A DNA stretch of 64,000 bases from Deltaproteobacteria bacterium (GCA_040218735.1 JAVJQW010000020.1:1-64000), one strand, 5' to 3'. Positions 30,901 through 41,789 are shown, numbered from the stretch's first letter. A program made the numbers and translations. Notes: generated from the letters alone by a model not told the origin.

Positions 30901-32156
30901 AGCGTCTTCTTCCGGTGCGCGACGACGGCGACCGCGAGCCACTGCACGGTCGCGAGCGTCACGAACAACAGCGGCGCGATGCGCGCGGTGATCGCGTGGT
31001 AGGCGCCGACGAGCTGCTCCGGGGGAACGTCCGGTGAGTACGTCTCGCTGCGGAGGTCGTGGATCTCGAAGTACTCGGCGTACCAACCGCCGAACAGGAA
31101 GGCGGTCCCGATGATCGTCACGAAGATGGTGATCGGGAGCCGCTTGAGCGACGCGACGGCGAGCACGACGCCGCCGATCACGAGCAAGTAGGAGAAGAGG
31201 GCGACGGGGCGGTCCTGCCCCGTCGAAAGCAGCACGGGGTTCGCGAGCCCCGCGAGCGTGACGAGCACGAGGATCGCTTCGCTCTCGTAGCGCCACGCGA
31301 GCATGGCGCCGACGAGGAGGATGATGATGTTCGCCGCGAACGCGACCTCGATCGCGACGAGGTCGTAGAACGCCGAGCTCGCGTAGGCCGAGATGAACAG
31401 CAGCGCGAGCCCGATGCCCACGAGCACTTGGGTGAACGCGGGGCGCGTGCGCGATCGCACGACCTCGGCGGTGACCAGCGTGACCACGCCGGCGATCGCG
31501 CCGATCAGGACGCGACCCATCGGGCCGATCCACTCGGAGTCGACGGCGTACTTGAAGAAGTACAGCGCGCCGAGGAGCAGCGCGCCGGCGCCGATGCGCG
31601 TGAACCACGCGGCGAGCCGCGCCTCGAGCGGCTGCGCAGGGGCCTTTGGTTTCGGGGGCGCCTTGGGGGCGGTGGCGGGCTTCGCGGGAGCCGTCGGCGT
31701 GTCGTCGGCCTCGCGCGCGGCGGCGTCGAGGGGGAGCGGCTCGGCGGGACGCGCGGTCTTCGCGTTGGCGGTGGCCTCGTCCGTGGCGGCGCCTTCGTCG
31801 GTGGCGCTCGGCGCCCAGGGCACGCCGGCCCCCGGCGGTGGCGCGGCGACGTCGGGCGCCGAGGCGGAGTCGCTGGGAGCCGCGTCGGACGCGTCGATGT
31901 CCTGCGGCGCGGCGGCCTCCGCGGTGACCGGCTCGGCCTCCCGCACCGGCTCGGCCTCCCGCACGGGCGCGGCGCCGGACTCGAGCTTCTGGAGGCGCTC
32001 GTAGAGCCACGTCAGCTTGTCTTCGTGGTCTTGTCTCTCCGCTTCGAGCTGCGTGACGCGATTCTTCAGGCGCGTCGCGATGACGATCGAGACGATCGGC
32101 AGGACGAAGACGAGGACGACGATGAGGATGACGAAGATGGCGAGCAGCGCTTCCAT
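27990..32156 (-). CDS. DUF2339 polytopic membrane protein fused to a DUF3999-like domain
   Basis: WFTRIGAGALLLGALYFFKYA, many TM helices, KLAAYDV; C-terminal ADVRI...VPF and PSYDL motifs; terminal TM. Confidence 0.85.
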   Translation of the reverse strand: MEALLAIFVILIVVLVFVLPIVSIVIATRLKNRVTQLEAERQDHEDKLTWLYERLQKLESGAAPVREAEPVREAEPVTAEAAAPQDIDASDAAPSDSASAPDVAAPPPGAGVPWAPSATDEGAATDEATANAKTARPAEPLPLDAAAREADDTPTAPAKPATAPKAPPKPKAPAQPLEARLAAWFTRIGAGALLLGALYFFKYAVDSEWIGPMGRVLIGAIAGVVTLVTAEVVRSRTRPAFTQVLVGIGLALLFISAYASSAFYDLVAIEVAFAANIIILLVGAMLAWRYESEAILVLVTLAGLANPVLLSTGQDRPVALFSYLLVIGGVVLAVASLKRLPITIFVTIIGTAFLFGGWYAEYFEIHDLRSETYSPDVPPEQLVGAYHAITARIAPLLFVTLATVQWLAVAVVAHRKKTLPFVVPLVATAALLIWHGGITALLVDTTVHLGLAMIVVGVSSVLVMRHLGREKLLVLPMLFAFLLLAGGTGANRDAAPPYLLALLGVWSGVYVVAFLYDALKAGRTLSRGEAIPAVVALFAFVLLAMIATLPDGFHTAALATLASASVAGFVAYRARSGGLLLANVLVTGLALVAVGGTFVETQDRAFDVVLLVVTALWAGLLAYLASRLAEHTKSKLPVVTSAVAILLGLAMAIVSTAETVPTMRALVTAAFGITSLGLATYHRRAEGSLTVTVFAAIAIALFAASAGFGLSGATVTLAWAVLVVVTALIFARVQEPGWLVATALLAFAVLTRILAFDVPAAEAPYITFIDSRGAAGALSPRVFFNPRAYGLLAGGLAALASAFFIVRAKALEAAKVAESARRIAAAVLAVGGYTLLTALAISEVRGALLDLPAVPGVALDDAEFFAFMDQVHAQQAALAGTLDVATTIVLALVAIALLSGGFIMKDKFHRYLGLIVFVGTIGKLAAYDVWNLPRLYQVIVLTIVGALLVAAGFLYARLKGLFAEGTAAALLLVVCLPAVARAEPKAPKVDITKFEKTAPIHSVDRNGYFAVAIPPSVYAATKADFADVRITHEGAEVPFVVQPVPADRPARWVGSRMFDPGELPDGSFRATFELDREVEHCEVDLRLSTGSGFLRQTRIETGNKSDDFTTIAEGSVVYEIVSDEGVYRGTTVRYPTSVAKWVRVTLLPDPDAELTRILGASFACVTPDAIAPRLDRKLTITKTERSEDGRSTHVYLDVGEHGIPFDRLHLDIATKEFARRVQIAASAYQQVWPGVGSGVLQRVARSDRPLDDRVTVTMRPTKKRYLRLTIDDGNDAPLSIQEVRASYAAERIVFSARAAGAHALYVGSDRVGPPSYDLERILAQKDTLPLELGDASIGTLVDNPVFGQPSAEPLPWTEQHRGTIAIVLVVVLLGLAAWAVRLFVSRPA

Positions 32157-32242
32157 TCGCTGTCGTCATACTCGCAGTCTTCGTTCCATCCTCCTATGTG
32201 GTCGCAGTCATGTTCTTTCGATGACTTGGGACCGCCGTCTCC

Positions 32243-32277
32243 GCGTACCGGCGTTCGCACTGCGTCGGCCGGTACGC
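32243..32277 (-). terminator. Hairpin downstream of acyl-CoA dehydrogenase
   Basis: GCGTACCGGC...GCCGGTACGC inverted repeat; no U tract. Confidence 0.4.
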
Positions 32278-32288
32278 ACCCGCGCCGG

Positions 32289-33455
<1,167 letters not shown>

Positions 33456-33465
33456 CGCCCGCGAT

Positions 33466-34086
33466 CTATACGCTGGGCCCGTCCGCCTTCAAGCCGCGCA
33501 GGATGAAGTCTGCGATCTGGTCGCCCGTGCGCGCTGCGTCGAAGGCGCTCCCGGAGTCGCGGATGCGGAGCACCCACTCGCGGGCGATCTCGTCGATCGC
33601 GCCGAAGAGCGCGCGACGGAACACGGCCGGGTCCATGTCGGCGCGGAAGACGCCGCTCTTGCGCCCCTCCTCCAGGATGCCGCTGACCACCGCGAGGTAC
33701 TTCGCGAAAGCCTTCGGCGAATACTCCTTGATGAAGCGTGCGCTCTGGCGGAGCTCGATCGTGAGCACCTGCATGAGGTTCGGCTGCTCGGCGACCATGG
33801 CGAGGTGGCCCTTGATGTACGCACGGAGCTTCGACTCCGGGTCGTGATAGTCGGCGAGGAGGCTCTGCAGGCGTTTGACGATCTCCCCCATCTTTTCCTC
33901 GAACAGGGAGATGAGGAGGTCGTCCTTCGACTTGAAGTACAGGTAGATCGTGCCGTCCGCGACGCCCGCGACGTTGGCGATCTCCGAGACCTTGGCGCCG
34001 AAGAACCCCTTCTCGGCGAACACGTCGACCGCGGCGTCGATGATGAGGCGTCGTTTGTCCTCCCGACTCATGCGCCGGCCGGCCAT
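33466..34086 (-). CDS. TetR-family regulator, FadR(YsiA)-like
   Basis: IIDAAVDVFAEKGF...IANVAGVADGTIYLYFKSKDDLLISLFEE; directly upstream of acyl-CoA dehydrogenase. Confidence 0.92.
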   Translation of the reverse strand: MAGRRMSREDKRRLIIDAAVDVFAEKGFFGAKVSEIANVAGVADGTIYLYFKSKDDLLISLFEEKMGEIVKRLQSLLADYHDPESKLRAYIKGHLAMVAEQPNLMQVLTIELRQSARFIKEYSPKAFAKYLAVVSGILEEGRKSGVFRADMDPAVFRRALFGAIDEIAREWVLRIRDSGSAFDAARTGDQIADFILRGLKADGPSV

Positions 34087-34098
34087 CGTCCGTGGGTA

Positions 34099-34749
34099 CT
34101 ACAGGATCGGTTGCAGGCCCAGGGTGATGGAAACGTTGTCCAGGGTCTCCGCCGTCTGATAGCCCACGAGCAGAGACAGATCGCCGAAGCTTCCCAAGCG
34201 GTAAGCGAGCCCTCCGCGGCCCCCCAGGGTGTAGTCGCGGCCATCGTCGGTCACGTAGAGCACGGGGGTGATCAGCGCCTCCGCGATGGGTCTCAACGTC
34301 CAGTGCGGCCAGGTGAGTCTGAGTCCGAAGGGCACCGCGATCACCCACTGGTTGGTCAGCGCGAAGCTGTCGGGCTCGGTGTAGAACAGGTCGAGACCCA
34401 CGGTGACGTACAGCGGTCCGAACGCTCGAAACTGCACGTCGATCCCCGGGCCGGCCGCGGTCTCCGACGCCTGTTCGTTGTTGCAGAACGCAAAGGGTGG
34501 GAACTGCGCCGGCCGCAGCGCGCGGCTCGCGGCGAAGCCGATGTCCTCGCCGTCCTCGAACCCGGTCGTGGGTCGGCACGCGGAGGGCGGGCGGTTGAAC
34601 GTGCCGCGCCAGATGTTGATGTTCAGCGCGAAGCGGACGCGACGACCGGCGGCGTCGTCCGGGTCGCCGGACTCGTAGACCCAGTCACCTTCCGCGAATG
34701 CGGGCGACGCGACGAGGGTCGCGAACAGGACGACGGCCGCGCAGCGCAC
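34099..34749 (-). CDS. Hypothetical exported protein, possible small outer-membrane beta-barrel
   Basis: Signal peptide ending PAFA; alternating amphipathic strands with aromatic residues. Confidence 0.6.
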   Translation of the reverse strand: MRCAAVVLFATLVASPAFAEGDWVYESGDPDDAAGRRVRFALNINIWRGTFNRPPSACRPTTGFEDGEDIGFAASRALRPAQFPPFAFCNNEQASETAAGPGIDVQFRAFGPLYVTVGLDLFYTEPDSFALTNQWVIAVPFGLRLTWPHWTLRPIAEALITPVLYVTDDGRDYTLGGRGGLAYRLGSFGDLSLLVGYQTAETLDNVSITLGLQPIL

Positions 34750-34783
34750 GCGGCCATCCTACCGTGGATCGTGCGGCGGATCG

Positions 34784-35431
34784 TCAGGCGTGGCCGCTTT
34801 GGCGAGAGACGGCGTCCGGGATCGGCTTGCCCGGCATGACGAGGCCGAAGATGGCCTGCTTCACCGAGTCGAAGATCTCGTCCGGGACGGCCTCGTTGTC
34901 GAGGAACCACTGGACGAACAGGCCGTCGAAGATCGCGAGGGTCATCGCCGCGAGGTGGTCCGACGGGACGCGTTTGTCGAAGAAGTCCGCCGCGACGCCC
35001 TCCTCGATCACGATCTGAATCGACGTGCGGTAGCCCTGGTACATCCGCTGGAAGCGGCGCTTCACCTCTTGGTTGGCGTCGGCCGTCTCGAGGAGGAGGC
35101 CCAGGAGCAGCCGCAGGGTGTCCGGGCGGTCCTGCGCGAGCTCGCGGTACAGGTCGATGAGCTTGGACAGCTGCCGGGGCGGATCGGGCTGGGCGAGGAT
35201 CTCCGAGCCGGCCTTCACCTCCCACTCGCTCATCGCGCGGTCCACCACCGTGAACAGGAGGTCTTCCTTGTTCTCGAAGTGCCAGAAGATGGAGCTCTTG
35301 CTCGTGTGCGCCTCCTTGGCGATGAGATCGAGCGAGGTGCCCGCGTACCCGCGCGAGGCGAACAGACGTGTCGTCACGTCGATGATCGTCTTCCGCGTCT
35401 GCTCACCCTGCTCTTTGCGCTGTCTCTGCAT
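34784..35431 (-). CDS. TetR/AcrR-family regulator
   Basis: LFASRGYAGTSLDLIAKEAHTSKSSIFWHFENKEDL HTH. Confidence 0.93.
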   Translation of the reverse strand: MQRQRKEQGEQTRKTIIDVTTRLFASRGYAGTSLDLIAKEAHTSKSSIFWHFENKEDLLFTVVDRAMSEWEVKAGSEILAQPDPPRQLSKLIDLYRELAQDRPDTLRLLLGLLLETADANQEVKRRFQRMYQGYRTSIQIVIEEGVAADFFDKRVPSDHLAAMTLAIFDGLFVQWFLDNEAVPDEIFDSVKQAIFGLVMPGKPIPDAVSRQSGHA

Positions 35432-35513
35432 GACCCCGTTGTACTAGGTGGTCAGGACTTACGACAAGAGTAACCAGCCGGAATTCTTGTGGTTTTGGTG
35501 TCGGATTTGACTG

Positions 35514-35526
35514 ACCGACGGTCGGT
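35514..35526. promoter_or_regulatory. Candidate TetR operator
   Basis: Perfect inverted repeat ACCGAC-G-GTCGGT about 85 bp upstream of the TetR start. Confidence 0.45.
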
Positions 35527-35590
35527 ACATCTGCGAACGCCCACGGCAATCCGGCGCGCGCGTCCCTGGACCGACCGGCGGTCGGGCGGG

Positions 35591-36607
35591 TCATTCGGGC
35601 GCAGGGAGGCACGTGAAATAGGGGCTCTCCGACACGTCCAGAGATTCGCGGCAGGTGTAACCAGAACGGCAGTCTTGGAGTTTGATGTCGCAGACATCAC
35701 CACACGAGAACGCTGCGCCATCGCAGCGGGCATCGCCGGGGCAGTCGATGTTCTCGTCGCAGCCCAGCGTGCAGTAACCCTCCGGGAACGGGAAGCAGAC
35801 GGCGAGGTTGCTGTCGAGCGCTTCCTGGCAGGTGGGGGTGTCGACGCAGGCGGACCCGACCTCGCCGCTCGGCTGCGGGCCGTCGCAGTCGTCGTCCATC
35901 TCCTCGCAGCCGGTCGGGCAGCAGCCGTCGCCGTTCGCGCACATCGTGATGAGGTCGAAGGTGCAGGTCGCGGTGCAGGTCAGCGCGCTTCCCACGAGCA
36001 TCGCGGTGGTGCACTCGGTCGTCGGGCACGCATCGACGCAGTCGCCGTCGCAGGTCTCGCCCGGGTCGACGATGCCGTCGCCGCAGCTCGACATGCAGTC
36101 GGGGTCCTGCGCGTTGCTGCACGCGGGCGGGCAGCAACCGTCCGCCGCGCCGCACTGCGCGCCGCTGCTGTAGGCGCACTCGAGCGTGCAGTTGTTCGCG
36201 CTGCCATACTCCGTGACCGTGGTGCACGCGTCCGGCGCGACGCAGGACTCGCAGTCGCCGTCGCAGGTCTCGTTCTCGTCGACGGTGCCGTCGCCGCACG
36301 TCGCCGAACAGTCGCTGTCCACGCCGGCGTTGCAGTTGTTCGGGCAGCAGCTGTCGCCGCCGACGCACTGGTTGATCGTCTCGTACTCACAGCTCGCGCG
36401 GCAGCCGGATCCGACCAGGGTGTCGTTGGTGCACGCGATGCCGTCGTCGCAGCTCGTCGGGCAGGGGTCGCATAGCTCGCCGACGTCCACGACGCCGTTG
36501 CCGCACAGGACGCGGGCGGTCCCGGGCGTTCCGCCGCCCACGTCGCGGCTCTGGAGGCACCCGGAGAGGGCGGTGGCGAAGACGAGGAGCAGGGTCGCTT
36601 TGCGCAT
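35591..36607 (-). CDS. Myxobacterial cysteine-rich repeat lipoprotein
   Basis: LSGC lipobox; three repeats of CG(N/D)GxVDxxExCD...DxCCPxxC. Confidence 0.88.
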   Translation of the reverse strand: MRKATLLLVFATALSGCLQSRDVGGGTPGTARVLCGNGVVDVGELCDPCPTSCDDGIACTNDTLVGSGCRASCEYETINQCVGGDSCCPNNCNAGVDSDCSATCGDGTVDENETCDGDCESCVAPDACTTVTEYGSANNCTLECAYSSGAQCGAADGCCPPACSNAQDPDCMSSCGDGIVDPGETCDGDCVDACPTTECTTAMLVGSALTCTATCTFDLITMCANGDGCCPTGCEEMDDDCDGPQPSGEVGSACVDTPTCQEALDSNLAVCFPFPEGYCTLGCDENIDCPGDARCDGAAFSCGDVCDIKLQDCRSGYTCRESLDVSESPYFTCLPAPE

Positions 36608-36700
36608 CTCGGCGAGGCTTCACCGAATGCGCCCCGGATGTAAACCGTTCCAACATCCGTCGGTTCGTCGTCGCGGCGAAAATCGTCTATACGGGCGCCC

Positions 36701-37753
36701 GTGACGAAGCGATTCAAGGCCGCCATCATCGGCGGAAGCGGCTACGGCGGGGGCGAGATCATCCGCCGCCTGTTGATCCACCCGGACGTCGAGCTCGCGC
36801 GCGTGGCGAGCATCGACTACGTCGGCGAGCCGGTCTGTGCCGCCCACCCGAACCTGGAGGGGCGCACCGACCTCGTCTTCGAGCAGCTCGAAGCGAAGGA
36901 CGCCGCGGACGGCATGGACGTCGTGCTGCTCGGCCTCCCGCACAAGGTCTCGGCGCACAAGGTGCCCGAGATCCTCGAGACCGGCGCGAAGATCGTCGAC
37001 CTCTCCGGTGACTTCCGCCTGAACGACCTCGCGGCGTACGAGAAGTTCTACGCGACGAAGCACCCGTGCCCCGAGCACCTCGACAAGTTCGTGTACGGGC
37101 TCCCCGAGCTCAACCGCGAGGCGATCGGCAAGTCACGTTGCGTCGCGAGCCCAGGCTGCTTCGCGACCACGATCGAGCTCGGGCTCCTCCCGCTCGCGAA
37201 GCGCGGGTGGTTGAGCGGCCAGGTCGACGTCGTGGCCATCACCGGTTCGAGCGGCTCCGGCGTGAAGGCCTCGGCCGGCACGCACCACCCCGTGCGCGCC
37301 GTGAACCTGAAGACGTACAAGACCCTCGTGCACCAGCACACGCCCGAGATCCACGAGACGATCGCGGCGGCGGGCGGGGTGGACGTCGCGCTGCAGTTCG
37401 TCCCGGTGTCGGCGCCGCTGTCGCGGGGGTTGTTCGCGAGTGCGTTCGTGCGCGTCGACGCGTCGATCGATCCGGACGCCATCCGCGCCGCGTTCGAAGA
37501 GACGTACGCCGACGAGCCGTTCGTGCGTGTGCCGAAGAACCGCCTGCCCGAGGTCGCGGCGGTGTCCGGCTCGAACTTCGCGGAGGTCGGCGTGGTGATC
37601 GGCGAGATCGTCGACGGCAAACGCGTGGTCACTTGCATCAGCGCGCTCGACAACCTGATCAAGGGCGGCGCGGGGCAGGGCGTGCAGAACATGAACCTGG
37701 TCCTCGGCGTCGACGAGATGTCGTCGCTCGTCGATCCGGGTAGCTGGCCTTGA
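36701..37753 (+). CDS. argC: N-acetyl-gamma-glutamyl-phosphate reductase
   Basis: IIGGSGYGG, IVDLSGDFRL, VYGLPEL, catalytic SPGCFAT, LDNLIKGGAGQGVQNMN. Confidence 0.96.
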   Translation: MTKRFKAAIIGGSGYGGGEIIRRLLIHPDVELARVASIDYVGEPVCAAHPNLEGRTDLVFEQLEAKDAADGMDVVLLGLPHKVSAHKVPEILETGAKIVDLSGDFRLNDLAAYEKFYATKHPCPEHLDKFVYGLPELNREAIGKSRCVASPGCFATTIELGLLPLAKRGWLSGQVDVVAITGSSGSGVKASAGTHHPVRAVNLKTYKTLVHQHTPEIHETIAAAGGVDVALQFVPVSAPLSRGLFASAFVRVDASIDPDAIRAAFEETYADEPFVRVPKNRLPEVAAVSGSNFAEVGVVIGEIVDGKRVVTCISALDNLIKGGAGQGVQNMNLVLGVDEMSSLVDPGSWP

Positions 37754-38574
37754 AGATCGTCGTGAAGCTCGGCGGGGAGCTCCTCGCCGAAGCGCGCGCC
37801 TCGCAGCTCGCGGCGATCACGTCGTCCATCGCCGGGTTCGTCGACGCGGGGCACCGCGTGATCGTCGTGCACGGCGGCGGACCGCAGACGACGGCGCTGC
37901 AGAAGGCGCTCGGTCAGGAGCCCCACATCGTCGGCGGACGGCGCGTCACCGACGAAGCCGCGCTCACCGCGATCGAGATGATGGTCGGCGGGCGCCTCAA
38001 CATCGAGCTGACGTCGGCGCTGCGACGCGCGGGCGTCGACGCGGTGGGGCTGAACGGCGTGAGCGGTCGACTCATCGCGTGTGAGCGAAGGCCGCCGCGG
38101 GTCGTGAGCGGCGGCGGCGATCGCCCGGTCGACTTCGGCTTCGTCGGCGACGTGACCGGCGTGAACGAAGCGCTCCTCGCGCTGCTGCTCGACGCGGGCC
38201 ACGTACCGGTCATCGCGTGCATCGGCAGCGACGCCACGGGGCAGGCCTACAACATCAACGCGGACGTGGTCGCCAACGGGCTCGCCGCGGCCGTGGGCGC
38301 CGACCGGCTGTTGCTGGTGACATCGACCCCCGGCGTGCTGCGCGACAAGGACGACCCGTCGACGCGCATCACCACGATGACGGTCGCCGAGGGCCGCGCT
38401 GCGATCGCGGACGGCACGGTGCAGGGCGGCATGATCCCGAAGCTCGAAGAGAGCTTCGCCGCGCTCGAACGCGGGGTGGGCGAGATTCACATCCTCGGCG
38501 ACGTGAAGGCGGGCGATCTGGAGCGGGTCCTCGTACGACCGGGTGAGGTCGGGACCGCGCTCCTGTCCGGTTAG
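37750..38574 (+). CDS. argB: Acetylglutamate kinase
   Basis: VVKLGG, VVHGGGPQ, GRRVTD, YNINADVVA, GGMIPKL; start overlaps the argC stop. Confidence 0.95.
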   Translation: MKIVVKLGGELLAEARASQLAAITSSIAGFVDAGHRVIVVHGGGPQTTALQKALGQEPHIVGGRRVTDEAALTAIEMMVGGRLNIELTSALRRAGVDAVGLNGVSGRLIACERRPPRVVSGGGDRPVDFGFVGDVTGVNEALLALLLDAGHVPVIACIGSDATGQAYNINADVVANGLAAAVGADRLLLVTSTPGVLRDKDDPSTRITTMTVAEGRAAIADGTVQGGMIPKLEESFAALERGVGEIHILGDVKAGDLERVLVRPGEVGTALLSG

Positions 38575-38576
38575 CG

Positions 38577-41500
38577 TCAGAGTCCCGCGATCGCTTCGAA
38601 GCTCACGACGTGGACCGCGCCCCCCAACGTGGCGTACGCGCCGATCGCCCAGTGGGTGCCGCCGACCGACTGATACGTGAGCGCGGTCTCGAACGACGGC
38701 GAGTCACCGACGCGCGCGGTCTGGCGGAGCTGGCCGGCGCCGTACTCGAACCCGAGGAACCGCGCCTTGTCGTCCGCCGCGAGGGTGACCGGCACGACGA
38801 GGTAGGGCGCCTGCACTGCGCTCGGCTGCGAGCCGACGCTCGCGATCCCGCCGGAGGTTCGCGCGAACGCCTTCGTGAGCGTCATCCCGTCGCCGCTGAC
38901 GTCCCACGCGACCATGCGGAGGTTGCCGTCCTCGTTCGCGAAGACACTCATGAAGTACGTGGCTGCGCCGTCCTCGATACGGGTGGTCTGCACATGCCAG
39001 CCGATCTCGAGGTCCATCGGGTCCGGCTCGCCGCGGCGGTTGACGGTCCACGCGTTGTTGGTGACGTCGAAGACGATCGGTTTGACCTTCAGGTCGTCGG
39101 TCCGAACCGTGACGACGATGCGATCGCCGAGCCCGTCGACGGCCGAGACCTCCAGGATACCCTCCGGCGAGATGTAGCCGCCGCGGGACGCGATCGTTCC
39201 TCCGGGGAGGATCGCCCAGACCGCGACGTGGAGCTGACCGAGCTGCGTCCGCGTGACCGTGACGAAGTCGGCGGGCTGGGCCCCGCTGAGCTTCACGATC
39301 GCGTGGTCTTGAATGGCACCCGCGGCGTGGTTGTCGAGCGGGGTGAGCGTGCCGTCCGCCTGCACGTCGTACAGTCGCAGGACGAGGTTGTTGGCGAGGT
39401 TGCGCGTCGCGAGGACGACCCGGTTCGATCCGACGTTGGCGATCTGCGGCTTGCTCGTCCACATCTCGACGCGACTCGAGACCTCGTCGAGGGCCCAGCC
39501 GTTGCGCTGCATGCTCACGAGCTTCACGTTCGGGGCGGACTCCACGGCGACGACCACGGTGCCGTTGTCGACCGAGGTCAGCTCGACGTCCGTGCCCTGT
39601 CCGAACAGCGTGACGTCGTGGCGCTCGGCGAGCGTGAGGTCCGGGATGCACTCCGCGCGATCGCCGACCGCGTAGCCGTAGGCGTACTTGAAGAGGGCGT
39701 CGGCGTCGGGGGCGCCGCGTTTTGTGTTGATGGTCAACGCGGCTTGCGCGTGCCCGTCGAGCAGGGTCGCGAAGGAGGACAGCCCGGTGACTTCGCCGAG
39801 GCCGCCGTTCTTGCCGAGGACGCTCGCACCCACGTTGCGTGAGGTGTACGGCGGTTCGAAACCCAGCGCGGTCGCCGCGCCGTCACTGTCGAGGAGGTCG
39901 GTGCGGAGGAAGGTGTTCGTGCTCGCGTTCGACAGGATGCCCTCGGCTTCGAGGGCCTCGTAGACCGACACGAGGTCGTCGGTCGAAGCGCGCCAACCAC
40001 CGGCGGAGCAGTTCCGCGTGTAGTTGTCGTCGCCGTAGCTCATGAAGGTCTCGCAGAAGGATTGGAGGCCGGTCGTGTTGCACACCAGGCCCTCCGAGCA
40101 CAGGCCGAACAGCGTCGCGTTCGGGTCACCTTGGCAGGTCGGTCCGTCGTTCATCACGGCGTCGAGCCACAGGTTTTGCGTCGCGTTCACGATGTCGACC
40201 GACGTCTCGCTCCCGGTCGCCGCCTCGATGAATTCGCGCATCGCGACGGTGTTGGCGTTGCTGTAGTCGCGCGGGCAGCCGAGGTTCGGCAGGACGCTCG
40301 GTCCGACGCACGCGTTGGGCGGCGGCGACATGAACAGCGGCGTGCAGTCGGTCGTGAGATTGTCCTCCGCGGAGCAGAGGCCCGACGACGTGCGCGGGAA
40401 GCCCGTCGTGTGCGCCATCAGGTCGTAGACGTTTCGGACCTGGGTCCACGGGTCGAGGTCGTCCTCGGGGTAGACGTTGCCGTCGAGCTGGGGGCCGATC
40501 GCATTGCCGAGCAGCGCGCCTTCCTCACCCACGCGCATCGCGGTGATCGACGTGATGACCTTGGAGACGCTCCCGATCGCCATGCGATCGTCCCGGTCGA
40601 GTGGCGACGCTCCGCCGACGAGGCGCTTCAGTCCGCTGGCGCGAGACATCAGGACCTTCCCGTTCTGCGCGACGGAGAGCTGGTAGCCGCCGGTTCGGTG
40701 CGCGAGGTTGTCGTGGACGCACTCGGCGAGTCGGCCCATCTGGTCTCCCGTGAGCCGAAGGGCGACGTCGACGTCCTCGTCGAGCTCCACGCCGATGACG
40801 TAGCCGCGGCCGTTCGAGAAGAACGAGAGCACCTCGTCGAAGCCGGTCTCGAGCATGGCGGCGGTCGCCGCGGTGCCCGTCGACTCCGGCGCAAAGGGAT
40901 CGAAGAGGTAGGAGCTCGCGACGCCTTCGAGGCGGTCGTAGGTGACGAAGCGATAGGTCGTGCTCGACGTCCGCACGAAGCGCGCGGCGTCGCGGCCGCT
41001 GAGGAGGATGTCCTCCCAGAACGGCGCGTTGCCGAACCCGTTGGGACCGAGTCTTTCGATGCGTGCGCGACCTTCGTGGAGCGGAGCGCTCCCCGCCGCC
41101 TTCATCGGGTCGCCGGCTTCCTTGTAGAGCAGGCGGAACGTGCGGCCGGCCGCAGCGAGGTGATCGACGTTCGACCAGCCCATGCCGATCGCGGCGGTAC
41201 CGAGCCGAGCGTTCGGCGCCGCGAGATCGGTGACGCTCGCCTGAGGTCCGAACGTGTCGCCGATGAACAGCCTGGGCGTCGCCTGCGTGAAGACGTCGAA
41301 GCGGGTGCGCCCGTCGAGATCGGGGAAGTTGGTGAAGGTGGTGCGTGATGCCTTGTCGATCTGTCCGCCCGCCAGGACGGGGTAGCGGACGACGCGGCCG
41401 TCGGCGGGTTTGGCGAGGTAGAGGTAGGGCTGACCGGCGTCCTCGGCGACGCCGATGCCGCGCCAACCCGTCCCGCCGAGGGTGCCGCGTTCGACCTCGG

Positions 41501-41789
41501 TGAGGCCCGTGACGCCCGCGTCGATCTGGAGGACGCGGTAGAAACCGTTCGCGCCGGTCACGAGGATCAAGAAGTGTGCGCCGCCGACTTCGTAGTGTTC
41601 GGCGAGAGAGTACGGCGAGCGTTCGTTTGCGATGGTGTCGTCGAGCGGCATCGCGTTGAAGTCACCGGCGACGTTCAGCTCGTAGGCCTTGATGCGCGCA
41701 TCGCCGGGGATTGCGCTCGCCCGATCGCTCAGGGCGCAGAGGTTCGTCGCGATCGCGAGTGCGATCGCCCAGTTCGTTCGTTTGTTCAC
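38577..41789 (-). CDS. Secreted multidomain serine hydrolase (beta-lactamase/PBP-like core)
   Basis: GTG 41789 with GGAG RBS and signal peptide; SxxK (IGSVSKVIT), LMAHTTG, YSN and GKNGG motifs; beta-rich flanking domains. Confidence 0.85.
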   Translation of the reverse strand: MNKRTNWAIALAIATNLCALSDRASAIPGDARIKAYELNVAGDFNAMPLDDTIANERSPYSLAEHYEVGGAHFLILVTGANGFYRVLQIDAGVTGLTEVERGTLGGTGWRGIGVAEDAGQPYLYLAKPADGRVVRYPVLAGGQIDKASRTTFTNFPDLDGRTRFDVFTQATPRLFIGDTFGPQASVTDLAAPNARLGTAAIGMGWSNVDHLAAAGRTFRLLYKEAGDPMKAAGSAPLHEGRARIERLGPNGFGNAPFWEDILLSGRDAARFVRTSSTTYRFVTYDRLEGVASSYLFDPFAPESTGTAATAAMLETGFDEVLSFFSNGRGYVIGVELDEDVDVALRLTGDQMGRLAECVHDNLAHRTGGYQLSVAQNGKVLMSRASGLKRLVGGASPLDRDDRMAIGSVSKVITSITAMRVGEEGALLGNAIGPQLDGNVYPEDDLDPWTQVRNVYDLMAHTTGFPRTSSGLCSAEDNLTTDCTPLFMSPPPNACVGPSVLPNLGCPRDYSNANTVAMREFIEAATGSETSVDIVNATQNLWLDAVMNDGPTCQGDPNATLFGLCSEGLVCNTTGLQSFCETFMSYGDDNYTRNCSAGGWRASTDDLVSVYEALEAEGILSNASTNTFLRTDLLDSDGAATALGFEPPYTSRNVGASVLGKNGGLGEVTGLSSFATLLDGHAQAALTINTKRGAPDADALFKYAYGYAVGDRAECIPDLTLAERHDVTLFGQGTDVELTSVDNGTVVVAVESAPNVKLVSMQRNGWALDEVSSRVEMWTSKPQIANVGSNRVVLATRNLANNLVLRLYDVQADGTLTPLDNHAAGAIQDHAIVKLSGAQPADFVTVTRTQLGQLHVAVWAILPGGTIASRGGYISPEGILEVSAVDGLGDRIVVTVRTDDLKVKPIVFDVTNNAWTVNRRGEPDPMDLEIGWHVQTTRIEDGAATYFMSVFANEDGNLRMVAWDVSGDGMTLTKAFARTSGGIASVGSQPSAVQAPYLVVPVTLAADDKARFLGFEYGAGQLRQTARVGDSPSFETALTYQSVGGTHWAIGAYATLGGAVHVVSFEAIAGL

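Noticed and set aside
31926-31965. 18-bp direct repeat (PVREAE x2) in the DUF2339 gene
   Set aside because: In-frame micro-duplication in a disordered linker; common.
35591-36607. Repeated GCAGTCGCCGTCGCAGGTCTCG units resembling an array
   Set aside because: Coding Cys-rich repeats of a lipoprotein with no repeat-spacer structure.
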